From the IMG/VR virus record IMGVR_UViG_3300034374_009547: 64,000 bases of DNA; one strand, 5' to 3'. Origin of the DNA: a virus. Taxonomy: Duplodnaviria > Caudoviricetes. The translations under genes were made by a program, and so were the position numbers. Below, piece after piece: positions 9,901-19,400 of this stretch. A model generated the notes under the pieces. The model was not told the DNA's origin, did no database searches, and saw only the letters and a list, made by a program, of their open reading frames with translations. Every line of letters starts with the position of its first letter. Positions within the stretch are counted from its first letter, which is position 1.

Positions 9901-12900
9901 ACATTCCAAACTGATGTAAGCAATTTGTTCGATGTAGTGCTTGACATTATTGAATTTAATCAATTACCAAGTGAAGGAACCGTGTATCCTGAACCAGGGC
10001 CTGCAAGTACTGAATTAATTAATTCAACAAATCAACTAATTGCAAACAAAGATTTTTTAGTAGCTGAAGTTATTGCAAAGATTGCAGTAGATAACTTTGT
10101 TTATGATCAAGCAAAGTGCGAAAGAGATACTGGAATCATACTAGATGGTGTATATTATGATGCAGCATTTGGAACCAATTATAATGCAGTGACAAGCGGT
10201 CTTGCATATCAAAGAGGTAATAGTGCAAAAGTAATTAGTGATCAAATTACAGAAACCGTTGGTGCATTAACATTTGCAAAAGGTGAAGCAGCAACAGCTT
10301 TAGTATCTAATACTACCGCAGTGTCTAGAAGTAATGCAGCATTTGATGAAATTATTGATATTATTCAAAATGGAGCCGAAGGTACAGATCAAGCAGCAGA
10401 TCCTTTAACGTTTCCTAATCCAACAAGTGCAACCGCAGCACAAATTGCTGCAAAAGATCAACTACAGAATAACAGAGACTTCTTAGCAGCGGAAGCAGTA
10501 TCTTACATTCAAAATAACTATCAAAACTTTACTTATAATAGTGAAAAGTGTGAACGTGATGTTGGATTAATCATGGATGCTGTTGCACTTGATGTTGTAT
10601 TAGGAACAAACTTTAATGCAGTTACAGCAGGTTTAGCATATCAACGTGCAAGCAATGACTACTTACAAGACAATCAAAAAATACAAACACTTAGTGCTTT
10701 ACGTCAACTTAAAAAAGAAATAGTAGAAATTGGATTAAGTGACGATGCTGAACCATTAGCTGAAGCAGCTATGGACGAAGTTATTGATATTTTAGAAAAT
10801 GGTGTAATTAGTACTGATACAGCCGCGGACGCACTAGTATTTCCTGCACCTAGTAGTCTACCAACTGCAAATGCAGTTGAAGCAAAAGATCAACTTGTTG
10901 CAAACAAAGAGTTTATTAAAGACGAAATAATTGCATGGATTGGTGTAAACTATCCTGCTTTAACATATGATGCAGTAAAATGTGAACGTGATGTTGGATA
11001 TATTATTGATGCATTATGTCATGACATTTTATACGGTGGAAATAGTGCCACTAAAATTGCAGCAGAAAGTTACTTTGTTGGTGCTGCAAGTCAACTAGGA
11101 TCAGGTCAACAAGCTGCGACCGTAGCAGCATATCAGAGACTAAAAGATGTTGTTGGTGACGTAGTTATGGAATTATCTGTTGTTAAATCAGCAGGTAATG
11201 CGTTAAATCAAGATACTTCAGGAACACCAGCAAGTTCTACTGAAGCAGATGATGTAGAAGGTTTAGTTCAAATAATTGAAGATGTAATTGCAGCAGGAAA
11301 CATAAGCGGGTTACCTGCAACACAATATCCATCTTTAACTTGGGCTGCAAATGATTTACAAGAAGCATATAGTCAAATTAAAGGAAATAAAGAATTTGTA
11401 CAAGAGCGTATATTAATTCATATTGCAAATAATTTCCAAAGTTTTGATTATGATGAAGTAAAATGTCGTAGAGATGTAGGAATTATGATAGAAGCAGTTG
11501 CTTATGATGCAGCAATTGGTACAAATTACAATTCTGTAACAGCAGGTCTAGCCTATCAAAGAGCAAATAGTTCATATGTTTTAAGTGGACAAAACTTACA
11601 AACGGTGCTGGCAATTAGATATCTAAGAGATCAAATTGCAGCTAACGGAACTTTACAAAGTAGTTTTAGAAGTGCTACAACTGCTGGGTTTAATGAAATA
11701 ATTGATATTATCGAAAATGGTGTAGTAAGCACAGATACAGCAGCTGACGCTCTTGTATTTCCAGATCCTGGTATAGATGCAAATCAAGTCAATGCAAAAG
11801 ATAGAATGATTGCTAACAAAGAATATGCAGCAAAAGAAACTTCTGCATTTGTTACAAATAACTATCCAGCGGTAGTTTTTGATAGCACAAAATGTGAAAG
11901 AGACGTAAAATATATCATTGATGCATTATGTTATGATATTATGTATGGCGGCAATCTTGCAACTAAGCAAGCCGCAGAAAGTTACTTTGTTGGTGCTGCA
12001 AGTCAGTTAGGTGCTGGACAAGCTACCGCTACCGTTGCTGCATACAACGAATTAGCAAACTTGCTATCAGATATTGTTCAAAACATTGCTCATGCAAGTA
12101 ACGAACAAGTTGTTGTAACACAAGACACAAGCGGAAGCGCATCAGATGCAGGTACTGGTGGTGAAATACAAGACTTGTTACAAATAATTGAAGATGTTAT
12201 TGCAGCAGGAAATATTACTAATATTCCAGCAGATTCTAACACTGATATTACTTGGACTAGCGTATTAAATCAAGATAATTTTACTTCATTAGTTGCTACT
12301 ACAAGTGATTATCAAAATTTAGTTATAAACTATATAGAAAGAACATTTACAAGAACATTTACATTTAATGCTACAAAATGTAATAGAGATACCAAGTACA
12401 TTGTTGATGCTTTAACATATGATATTATTTACGGTGGTAATGCTGCAACACTTGATGCTGCTAGAAGCTATTATGTTGGAACAACAAGTCAAGTTACAGG
12501 ACAACAACAAGAAACAGCAAATGCTCTTGGATGGATTAAAACTTTATTAGGTGATGTGTTATTAGATGTTGCAGTTGCCGATCCAGAACAAACTGCCGAA
12601 ACACAAGATGTTACAGCAGGTGCAGCAAGTGCAACTGAAGTTACTAGAGCAGAAACATTATTACAAATTATTCAAGATGTTATTACTGATGGTTTAGATC
12701 AACTGCCAACAGAAACATTCCCTTCTACAGGGTGGATTTCTGCAGGAATTCAAACTGCAATTGATAACTTAGTAAGTGAAAAAACAACAATTGTTAATGA
12801 TACTATAAGTTACATTGAAACAACATATAATGGCTTCAGTTATGATATTGATAAGTGTTCAAGAGATACAGGATACATTATTGATGCTGTTACACACGAT

Positions 12901-15900
12901 TTACTTTATCAAGGCAACATTGCGACACTTATTGCAACTAGAGCTTATTTCTTAGGTACAGCTAATTATTTGCCAGATGAACAAAAAGATATAACCGTTG
13001 CAGCATATGAACATTTAGCTCAAGTTGCAGCTGATTGTATAGAAGGTACAGCAGTTACTCCGTCTGTAGGAAACACAGAACCACAAGTTCTTGGCGGAGC
13101 ATATGGTACATCTACAGAATCAGGTCAAGCTGTATTATTGTTTAGAATTCCAAAAAATGCAATTGACAACGGAACACTTGTAGGTACACCTGCTGAAATA
13201 CAACCAGATTTTGCTTGGTTGCCAGCAACTATAAAATCAGCAGCAACAGACATGTTAGCTCAAAAAGTTAATATTCAAAACGGTGTTATTTCTTATATTA
13301 CAGATAATTTAATTGATTTTGAATATAATATTGTAAAGTGTAAAAGAGATACAGGATACATTATTGAAGCATTAATATATGATTTAATGTATGGTGGTAA
13401 CAAACAAACACGTAGAGCTGCACAAGCATATTACAATGGTGCAATTTTAGGAGCAGCAAAAGTTGGTAATGCAGATCAAGTTTTAGTTACAGCATATTCA
13501 TATTACTACTTAGGTGATATATTAGCAAAAGTTGCAAAGAACGAAACGGTTACAAAAAGTTACAACAATACTGAAGTACAGGTAATTACAACACCCGATA
13601 GTGATGATACAACAGCAACTAGAATTGAATTGTTAATTGATAGAATAGCTTTAAGTGTTCTTGAAGGATACACAACAGGTTGGCAAGAGAATAATCATAA
13701 CTACGAATTAGGTAGTGGTGCTTACTTAACTGAAAGAAACACTATATTAGCAGACTTAGAAAGTATTGTAACAACAACAATTGACGACTTAAATGCTGAA
13801 TACGGTGGTGAAGCAACTATTACTATCTTCCCAGGTGTTATTAGTGTAACACAAGATAAAAAGGCAAATCTTTATAATGTTAGTACAATTTCTACATCGG
13901 GACATGCATTTGAATATGTAGGTGCAGGTGTTGATTATAATGCTCTACCTTTCTTTGGCGGCACAGCAATTTCAGAAAACGAAATTGTACAACTTAACCA
14001 AGGTAAAGTATTTGCTGGTGGTACGGTTGACCAAATTGGTAACTTTAGAGTTGGTGACTTATTTGCAGTTAATGCTCTAACAGGTGCGATTGATCTAAAT
14101 GCTAACCAAATTAGTTTAGAAGGCTTGACAAGTGTTGGTCCGTTTATTAGAAATGGTATTCCAGTTGGTGTCGAATTAAAAGAGGTTAGCGACAATACTA
14201 ACTTACTTGCAAGTACAGGTACTCAAGACTTCCAAACTGCTCCTACACAAAGAGCTGTTGGAATTTATGTAGAAAATAGATATCTAAACAAATTAACTGG
14301 TGGTACGGTTACTGGTAATATTGTATTGAACGGTGACTTTGATGTTAACGGTGATGTTATTAGTACTGATACAAGTGGTACATTTAACCTACTTAATACA
14401 AGTGCTACTACTATAGAAGCATTTGGTGATGCAACTACCATTAACATGGGTGCGCCTACAGGTACATTTACAATTAATCCAGATTTAGTTGTAGAAGGTG
14501 ATTTAACCGTTAATGGTGATATTGTACTTACAGGTGATTACTCACTAAACATTCCAGATGAGAGCTTACAAGCGTATAGCATCAGTACTGAAGGTAGCTT
14601 AGACTACGTTAGTATTAACACAAGAACAGACGAAGAAAAAATTACTTTTGGAGAAAGACCACAAGTTGAAATTCAAAATCTAATAGAGTCTACAAGCACT
14701 ACAACAGGTGCATTAGTAGTTGATGGCGGTGTTGGAATAGCAAAAAGTTTGTATGTAGGTATTGATTTTACTGCTAATGGTAATGTTATTCTTGGCGATG
14801 ATAGAGCAGTTGACACTCTTGATATTAATGCTACAACAGATATTGATGTTCCAGATAACGCAACCGATGTGTTTAGAATTCATGAAAATATTAATGATTA
14901 CATTAGTATAAACACAACAGATAATTCAGAAGTTGTAGAATTTGGCGCAACTCCTAATGTAATAATTCTAAATGCAGATGATGCTACTGATAATGTAACT
15001 GGTGCATTACAAGTTACAGGTGGTATTAGCACTCAAGTTAACGTTCATGCAGGACAAGATATTGTTGCTGACAGAGACATAATTGCAGACAGAGATATTG
15101 AAGTAAATGGTACTAATATCATTACTGACGAAACTGGAACATTTAATGTCTTTAACACAAACGCAACTACAATCAATGCATTTGGCGATGCTACTGCAAT
15201 CAACATTGGTGCAGATACCGGTACATTAACCGTTGCAAACGAAATAACAATTTTTGATAGTGTGGAAGCAATCCAAATTCCAGTCGGTACTGATTTAGAA
15301 CGTCCAACAGAAGCAACAGGTCAAATACGTTTTAACACTGACAGCACAAGTTTTGAAGGCTATGACGGAACAGCGTGGGGTAGCTTAGGCGGAGTAAGAG
15401 ATGTTGATCAAGATACATTTATTAGACCAGAATCTACTCCAGGTGCAGACGAAGATACTATTACATTCCATACAAACGATGTTCAAAGGATGTCATTAGG
15501 CAATACTTTGTTAAACATTGATGCTACCGTAAAAGTAACAATAGATAGCACAGAAGTATCATCTAATTATAACACAGGCGCATTAGTAGTAGCCGGAGGT
15601 GTTGGTATTGCTAAAGACTTGTATGTTCAAGGATTTATTAGTGGTAATAATTCGGGTGTGTTACAGCTAACAGATCTTGCAAGTGACAAGATTTTAATCA
15701 AAGCTGACACAATTGAATCTCCAGAATCTATTAAATGGATATCAAATGCACCTGATAGTGCAGCAGATGATATTGTTTATCCAATCAGTTTAGCACACCA
15801 TAGTGTAAGCGGATCGCCAGCTGTTGGAAGCGGTACAGGACTAAGATTTGAACTTGAAACATCAAACAGCAATTATGAAATTGGCGGACAAATTGATTCA

Positions 15901-16380
15901 ATTGTGCAAGACATAACTGGAAACCAAGAAGACTTTGACATGGTATTCAGCACTATGAATTCTGGTTCTGTTACTGAAAAGTTTAGACTGAGTGAAAATA
16001 CAGCAACAATTACAACAAGTTTACAAGTTAATCAAAACTTAACCGTAACAGGATTGTTAGACGCAGCAAGTATTACAGCAAGTATATATTCAGATGATAG
16101 TACTGAAATGCTTGATGCAATTAACAATAGACTTATTGTAACTACAGGTCAAATTGGTGAACTAACACTTACAACAGATCTTGAAGTACAATACGGTGGT
16201 ACTGGTGTAAGCACATTTACAACAAATGGTATACTTTATGGTAACACAGCAGATCCAGTACAAGTTACAGATGCAGCAGGTACAAGTGATGCAAGCGAAT
16301 CGTTCCAAATACTTACCGTAACAAGTGATGTTGATGCAACACCAGTTTGGACAGATACTATCGACGGTGGTAGCTTTTAA
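6991..16380 (+). CDS. Giant virion structural/fibre protein (3129 aa): pectin-lyase-like N-terminal region, 12 helical KCxRD repeats, fibre-like C-terminus
   Basis: YVTKDGSDDNDG...TIIVAPGDYFEENPI beta-helix-type start; repeats at about aa 450-2250; C-terminal TFNxxNTxATTI and STTTGALVVxGGVGIAK fibre motifs. Confidence 0.8.
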   Translation: MSFIKKQSLHKRKVGDKSFILTADGNIEMNLAAGKTFTVDADFIATGDVSGPKTENVFYVTKDGSDDNDGRSSDGKGAFATIKKAAEVAPSGSTIIVAPGDYFEENPITLKDFVTITGQGELRNTRLFPKNNTSDFFYMGNGCYLYQLTFRALRAPGWCVKIRPGALVTTSPYVQNCTNMNGPWLNDGTEFIPFETVQIEGIEPGARPLTLADNPSLPFDKQVNLTGGGGGMFVDGDQYDPASLVFSFVADAFTQIAQGGPGFEVTNFGYTQIVSCFSVFCSTGFKTTKGGYLSISNSVSDFGTFGCVADGFYPIAYTQAVPTEDYFSTVGSITINQPGVGYTSNPTITIESPDGAGGVTATATGQVDLTTGQLAAITITNNGSGYTSVPTVTITGGGATIQAEGTVNLTTNSVISLASLRDKPQTGSIIKFDDDDTYYYITANSITKTPFNYNEETCKRDVRRIVDAVTGDIVLGTYYQTTAAATSYLRSTSTKVILDQLEPTIYAIEAARDQMKARTTNLAMKEEIDQRFNIITTTLAAGDSTETEFVGSDFVNALNDINSIDNEIIEAKNNILANRDFIIEELTAYINDQFTELSYNQTKYTSEMSEFITSMAYYVGFNGSDHKVLRAAREWSNSRARFNDMMISSFRYLQQRFLALSEVQASAVAVTNVNEAFEQLANIIDEGDSAGITTEFPAAVGTNQNEIDARDQLIANMDFLKAEFIAYLDSINSTISYTQSKFEQDVENAVNSVIYDIMYGGNTATKKEADYYFNSETWSSNYTQVERQAIIDSWARTRFAMQRIVRGLSITPTTGNAQTQDFTSGTATQIEANIADSLIQYYETVLTDLALTNLPLDVLPLYDDESVLQQAAANTILAQRDNFIEDAIAYNLANNPTLTYDVSKCKRDVEYIIDAIYSDAQLGTNHRSITAGLAYQRANVAYLNTEQKPATIIAMREAKRLLVAAANGNSTFQTDVSNLFDVVLDIIEFNQLPSEGTVYPEPGPASTELINSTNQLIANKDFLVAEVIAKIAVDNFVYDQAKCERDTGIILDGVYYDAAFGTNYNAVTSGLAYQRGNSAKVISDQITETVGALTFAKGEAATALVSNTTAVSRSNAAFDEIIDIIQNGAEGTDQAADPLTFPNPTSATAAQIAAKDQLQNNRDFLAAEAVSYIQNNYQNFTYNSEKCERDVGLIMDAVALDVVLGTNFNAVTAGLAYQRASNDYLQDNQKIQTLSALRQLKKEIVEIGLSDDAEPLAEAAMDEVIDILENGVISTDTAADALVFPAPSSLPTANAVEAKDQLVANKEFIKDEIIAWIGVNYPALTYDAVKCERDVGYIIDALCHDILYGGNSATKIAAESYFVGAASQLGSGQQAATVAAYQRLKDVVGDVVMELSVVKSAGNALNQDTSGTPASSTEADDVEGLVQIIEDVIAAGNISGLPATQYPSLTWAANDLQEAYSQIKGNKEFVQERILIHIANNFQSFDYDEVKCRRDVGIMIEAVAYDAAIGTNYNSVTAGLAYQRANSSYVLSGQNLQTVLAIRYLRDQIAANGTLQSSFRSATTAGFNEIIDIIENGVVSTDTAADALVFPDPGIDANQVNAKDRMIANKEYAAKETSAFVTNNYPAVVFDSTKCERDVKYIIDALCYDIMYGGNLATKQAAESYFVGAASQLGAGQATATVAAYNELANLLSDIVQNIAHASNEQVVVTQDTSGSASDAGTGGEIQDLLQIIEDVIAAGNITNIPADSNTDITWTSVLNQDNFTSLVATTSDYQNLVINYIERTFTRTFTFNATKCNRDTKYIVDALTYDIIYGGNAATLDAARSYYVGTTSQVTGQQQETANALGWIKTLLGDVLLDVAVADPEQTAETQDVTAGAASATEVTRAETLLQIIQDVITDGLDQLPTETFPSTGWISAGIQTAIDNLVSEKTTIVNDTISYIETTYNGFSYDIDKCSRDTGYIIDAVTHDLLYQGNIATLIATRAYFLGTANYLPDEQKDITVAAYEHLAQVAADCIEGTAVTPSVGNTEPQVLGGAYGTSTESGQAVLLFRIPKNAIDNGTLVGTPAEIQPDFAWLPATIKSAATDMLAQKVNIQNGVISYITDNLIDFEYNIVKCKRDTGYIIEALIYDLMYGGNKQTRRAAQAYYNGAILGAAKVGNADQVLVTAYSYYYLGDILAKVAKNETVTKSYNNTEVQVITTPDSDDTTATRIELLIDRIALSVLEGYTTGWQENNHNYELGSGAYLTERNTILADLESIVTTTIDDLNAEYGGEATITIFPGVISVTQDKKANLYNVSTISTSGHAFEYVGAGVDYNALPFFGGTAISENEIVQLNQGKVFAGGTVDQIGNFRVGDLFAVNALTGAIDLNANQISLEGLTSVGPFIRNGIPVGVELKEVSDNTNLLASTGTQDFQTAPTQRAVGIYVENRYLNKLTGGTVTGNIVLNGDFDVNGDVISTDTSGTFNLLNTSATTIEAFGDATTINMGAPTGTFTINPDLVVEGDLTVNGDIVLTGDYSLNIPDESLQAYSISTEGSLDYVSINTRTDEEKITFGERPQVEIQNLIESTSTTTGALVVDGGVGIAKSLYVGIDFTANGNVILGDDRAVDTLDINATTDIDVPDNATDVFRIHENINDYISINTTDNSEVVEFGATPNVIILNADDATDNVTGALQVTGGISTQVNVHAGQDIVADRDIIADRDIEVNGTNIITDETGTFNVFNTNATTINAFGDATAINIGADTGTLTVANEITIFDSVEAIQIPVGTDLERPTEATGQIRFNTDSTSFEGYDGTAWGSLGGVRDVDQDTFIRPESTPGADEDTITFHTNDVQRMSLGNTLLNIDATVKVTIDSTEVSSNYNTGALVVAGGVGIAKDLYVQGFISGNNSGVLQLTDLASDKILIKADTIESPESIKWISNAPDSAADDIVYPISLAHHSVSGSPAVGSGTGLRFELETSNSNYEIGGQIDSIVQDITGNQEDFDMVFSTMNSGSVTEKFRLSENTATITTSLQVNQNLTVTGLLDAASITASIYSDDSTEMLDAINNRLIVTTGQIGELTLTTDLEVQYGGTGVSTFTTNGILYGNTADPVQVTDAAGTSDASESFQILTVTSDVDATPVWTDTIDGGSF
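8347..13800 (+). repeat. 12 tandem ~138-163-aa protein repeats with core Y(D/N)xxKCxRD(V/T)xxI(I/V)DAxxxDxx(YGGN/LGTN)
   Basis: Cys codons at 8362, 9703, 10117, 10549, 10981, 11464, 11893, 12379, 12856, 13339; degenerate Cys-less copies at 8800 and 9214. Confidence 0.9.
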
Positions 16381-16397
16381 TTAAGCTACTACTTTTT
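16369..16397 (+). terminator. Possible terminator hairpin overlapping the stop of the 3129-aa gene
   Basis: GGTAGCTT-TTAATT-AAGCTACT followed by ACTTTTT. Confidence 0.45.
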
Positions 16398-16404
16398 CTC
16401 CTAT

Positions 16405-16412
16405 GATAAATA
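16405..16412 (+). promoter_or_regulatory. T4-like late promoter (GATAAATA)
   Basis: Recurrent motif, 78 nt upstream of the 3617-aa gene. Confidence 0.7.
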
Positions 16413-16489
16413 ACATTACAGCGATTTCTATCGTGTAGTTTTGGGCGTCTATATAGACCTGACCCGTACCTAAATAGGAGGCATGCCGA

Positions 16490-19400
16490 ATGGCAACAAC
16501 AATTAGACACAAGCGAAGTGCGGTCGCGGGTAAGCAACCGTTAGTTTCTCAATTAGAATCAGGCGAATTAGCAATTAATACAGCAGATGGTAAAGTATAC
16601 CTATTGCGTGATGATAATACCGTACAAGATATTACTAAAAGAATTTTTGAAGGTAACTCAGAAGTAAAAGTTGATGACCTTGGCGATAGTACGGTAGCTC
16701 AAATTAGTGCTACGGTTAATGGTAATGAAGCATTAACAATCACTAATGCAGGATTTAATTTTAAAAATAATATAGATATTGAAAATGCAGGTACCTTAAC
16801 TTTTAGAGAACTTACAGCTTCAGGTGAAGACGGTGTAACTTTACAGCCTCCAAGTACACTAGACGCAGGTTATACTTTAACATTGCCACCTAACAAAGGT
16901 TCAGTCGGACAAATTTTAGCAGTTAATGCTAGTGGAGAATTGTTTTTTAATGACGCAGATATTTTTGGCGGAAACGTTCTCTATGTTTCGCAAGAGCAAG
17001 GTGACGATGAAAACGATGGACAAAGTGCTCCAGTTAAAACGGTTAAACGTGCATGTCAAATTGCCTCAGGACTAGTTTATAATTCAGATGGTAGTATCAA
17101 CTTCCGTAGAATCAACATCAAAGTTGCGGTTGGCGATTATACTGAACAAAACCCAATCATTGTTCCTGATAACACGGTTATTAAAGGTGATGGTTTGCGT
17201 GGTTGTATTATTCGCCCTGCAAACGCTAACTTAGATATTCTACGTGTCAGAAACGCTTGTTACTTTGGTGAATTTACTTTCCGTGATGGTGTCGACGATA
17301 ACTTCGTGCCATTGATTACAGGTGATTATTGTGTTGCATTTGATGATCCGGATGCAGTAGATGTGACAGATAGAAATACCTATCCAAACTTACCTAATAC
17401 TAAACCAACTATTACAACATCACCATATATTCAAAACTGCTCTATTCTTTCTTTCCTTGGGTTAAATGGTGCTAAGATCGATGGTAGTAAAGTTGAATCT
17501 CCTAACGTTCCTGTTAACCAAATTGAAGCAGAAAATCCAGTTGTTGGCGCAATACCTGAACAAGGTAAATCGATGGTTGCCAACGCATTTACCATGCTTT
17601 CGTTTGGTGGTACTGGGTGGCGACTAACTAACGATGCTTATGCACAGATCGTTTCGTGTTTCCAAATTTTCTTGCTTAACGGTGTGTATACACAATCAGG
17701 TGGTTATTGTTCAATTACTAACTCTGCTACAAACTTTGGTTTGTATGCTCTACGTTCAAGTGGTTATTCTCCAAAAGCATTCTCTTTTGACCGTTCGTTT
17801 GTAACTCAAACTGGTTCTAGTGAAGGTAAACAAACGGTTAGTGTTGTTGGTATTAATAGAGATGCTCCTGTTGAAGAATTTATTTTACGTTTTAGAGATC
17901 CAGATTATAAAACTGCTCATGATTTACTTCTTTCAAATAAACTATCTATTGCAGAAGATACGGTAACATGGATTAATGCACAAATTGCAGCTTCATCACC
18001 TAGTATATGGGCTGGATTTACATATAATGAAGACAAGTGTCGTAGAGATACTAGACTATTAGTTGATTCTATTAGATATGATATTATTTTTAATAGCAAT
18101 TATAGAACAATCAGTTCTGCACTTCGTTATTTTAGTGGAAGTTTTACAAATTTTGCAGACCAAAAAGATCAACATATTGCAGCGTTTGCACAAGCAAAAG
18201 CATACACAGCAAATATATTAAATGATGCAACTGCAACAAGTAGATCAAATGCACTTTGGGATGAAATTATTGACATTTTAACAAATGGTGATGCAAATAC
18301 CGTTCCAGGCGATGCTGTTGCTGATGCTTATAGTTTTCCTGATCCGACTAACTATAACACATCTTACCTAGTAGGATATGGTGATGCAAGAGATCAACTG
18401 CAAGCAAACAAACAATTTATTATTGATGAAATAACAGCTTGGATCGCTGTTCAAGTTGCTGCTGAAACTCCTCCTTTTGCTGGTTCATTTACATATGACG
18501 CAGCAAAATGTGAAAGAGACGTAGGATTAATTATAGACGCATTAATTTATGATATTACATATGGCGGCAACTTACAAACAAAACGTGCAGCAGAAGCATA
18601 CTTTGTTGGCACAACTGCACAATACGGAGCAAACCAAAAAGAAGAAACTATTGCAGCTTACGAAAGACTTAGAGACGTAATAGCTGATGTTATTTTAGAA
18701 GTAGCAGTTACTAAATCAACAGGTAATGCTCAAACACAAGATACAAGTAATACAGCAGGTAGTGCAGCAAGTAAAACATTTGCAGTGGCTAGAATTCAAG
18801 AAATTATTGATTTTATTGATGGTGGTGGTGTAAACGAAGTAACAACTATCGAGCCAGGCACAGATTGGGTTTCAGGTAATAATGAATTTGAAGCATATAA
18901 TAGACTTAACAACGAGGGTGCTGTTAATATTGCTCAAAATACAACTGAATGGATCAATGAACAAATTCAAGCCAATATTTGGTATGGATTTACATACGAT
19001 CAATCTAAGTGTCAACGTGATACACAATTGATTGTTGAAGCTGTTGCAAAAGATACTTGGGATACTGGTAACAGATATTCACGTAGTGCTGGCCTATCTT
19101 ATTATACACAAAACTTACAAGACTCGACTAGAATAAGCATTAGTGGACAAGAATTACAAACAATTGCAGCTATTGATCAAGCAGCAGTATATGCTAACAC
19201 GTACATTACTAGTACAAGTATTGCTGTACAAGATTTTGTTAATACTAGATTTGGAATCGTTACAACGGTTATTAATGATCCAAATGATTTACCACAACCA
19301 ACTGAAGTAAGTAGTGAAGGTGATATTACAAACTCTTACAAAACAACACCAACAGAAACAACGTTTAATGCTGCTACAAACGTAAACGCTGATACAAATA

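Noticed and set aside
8347-13800. Reading the KCxRD repeats as photosynthetic auxiliary genes (cpc/cpe) of a cyanophage
   Set aside because: They are internal repeats of one 3129-aa structural ORF, not stand-alone subunits, and no cyanophage markers are present; kept only as a fold-similarity hypothesis.
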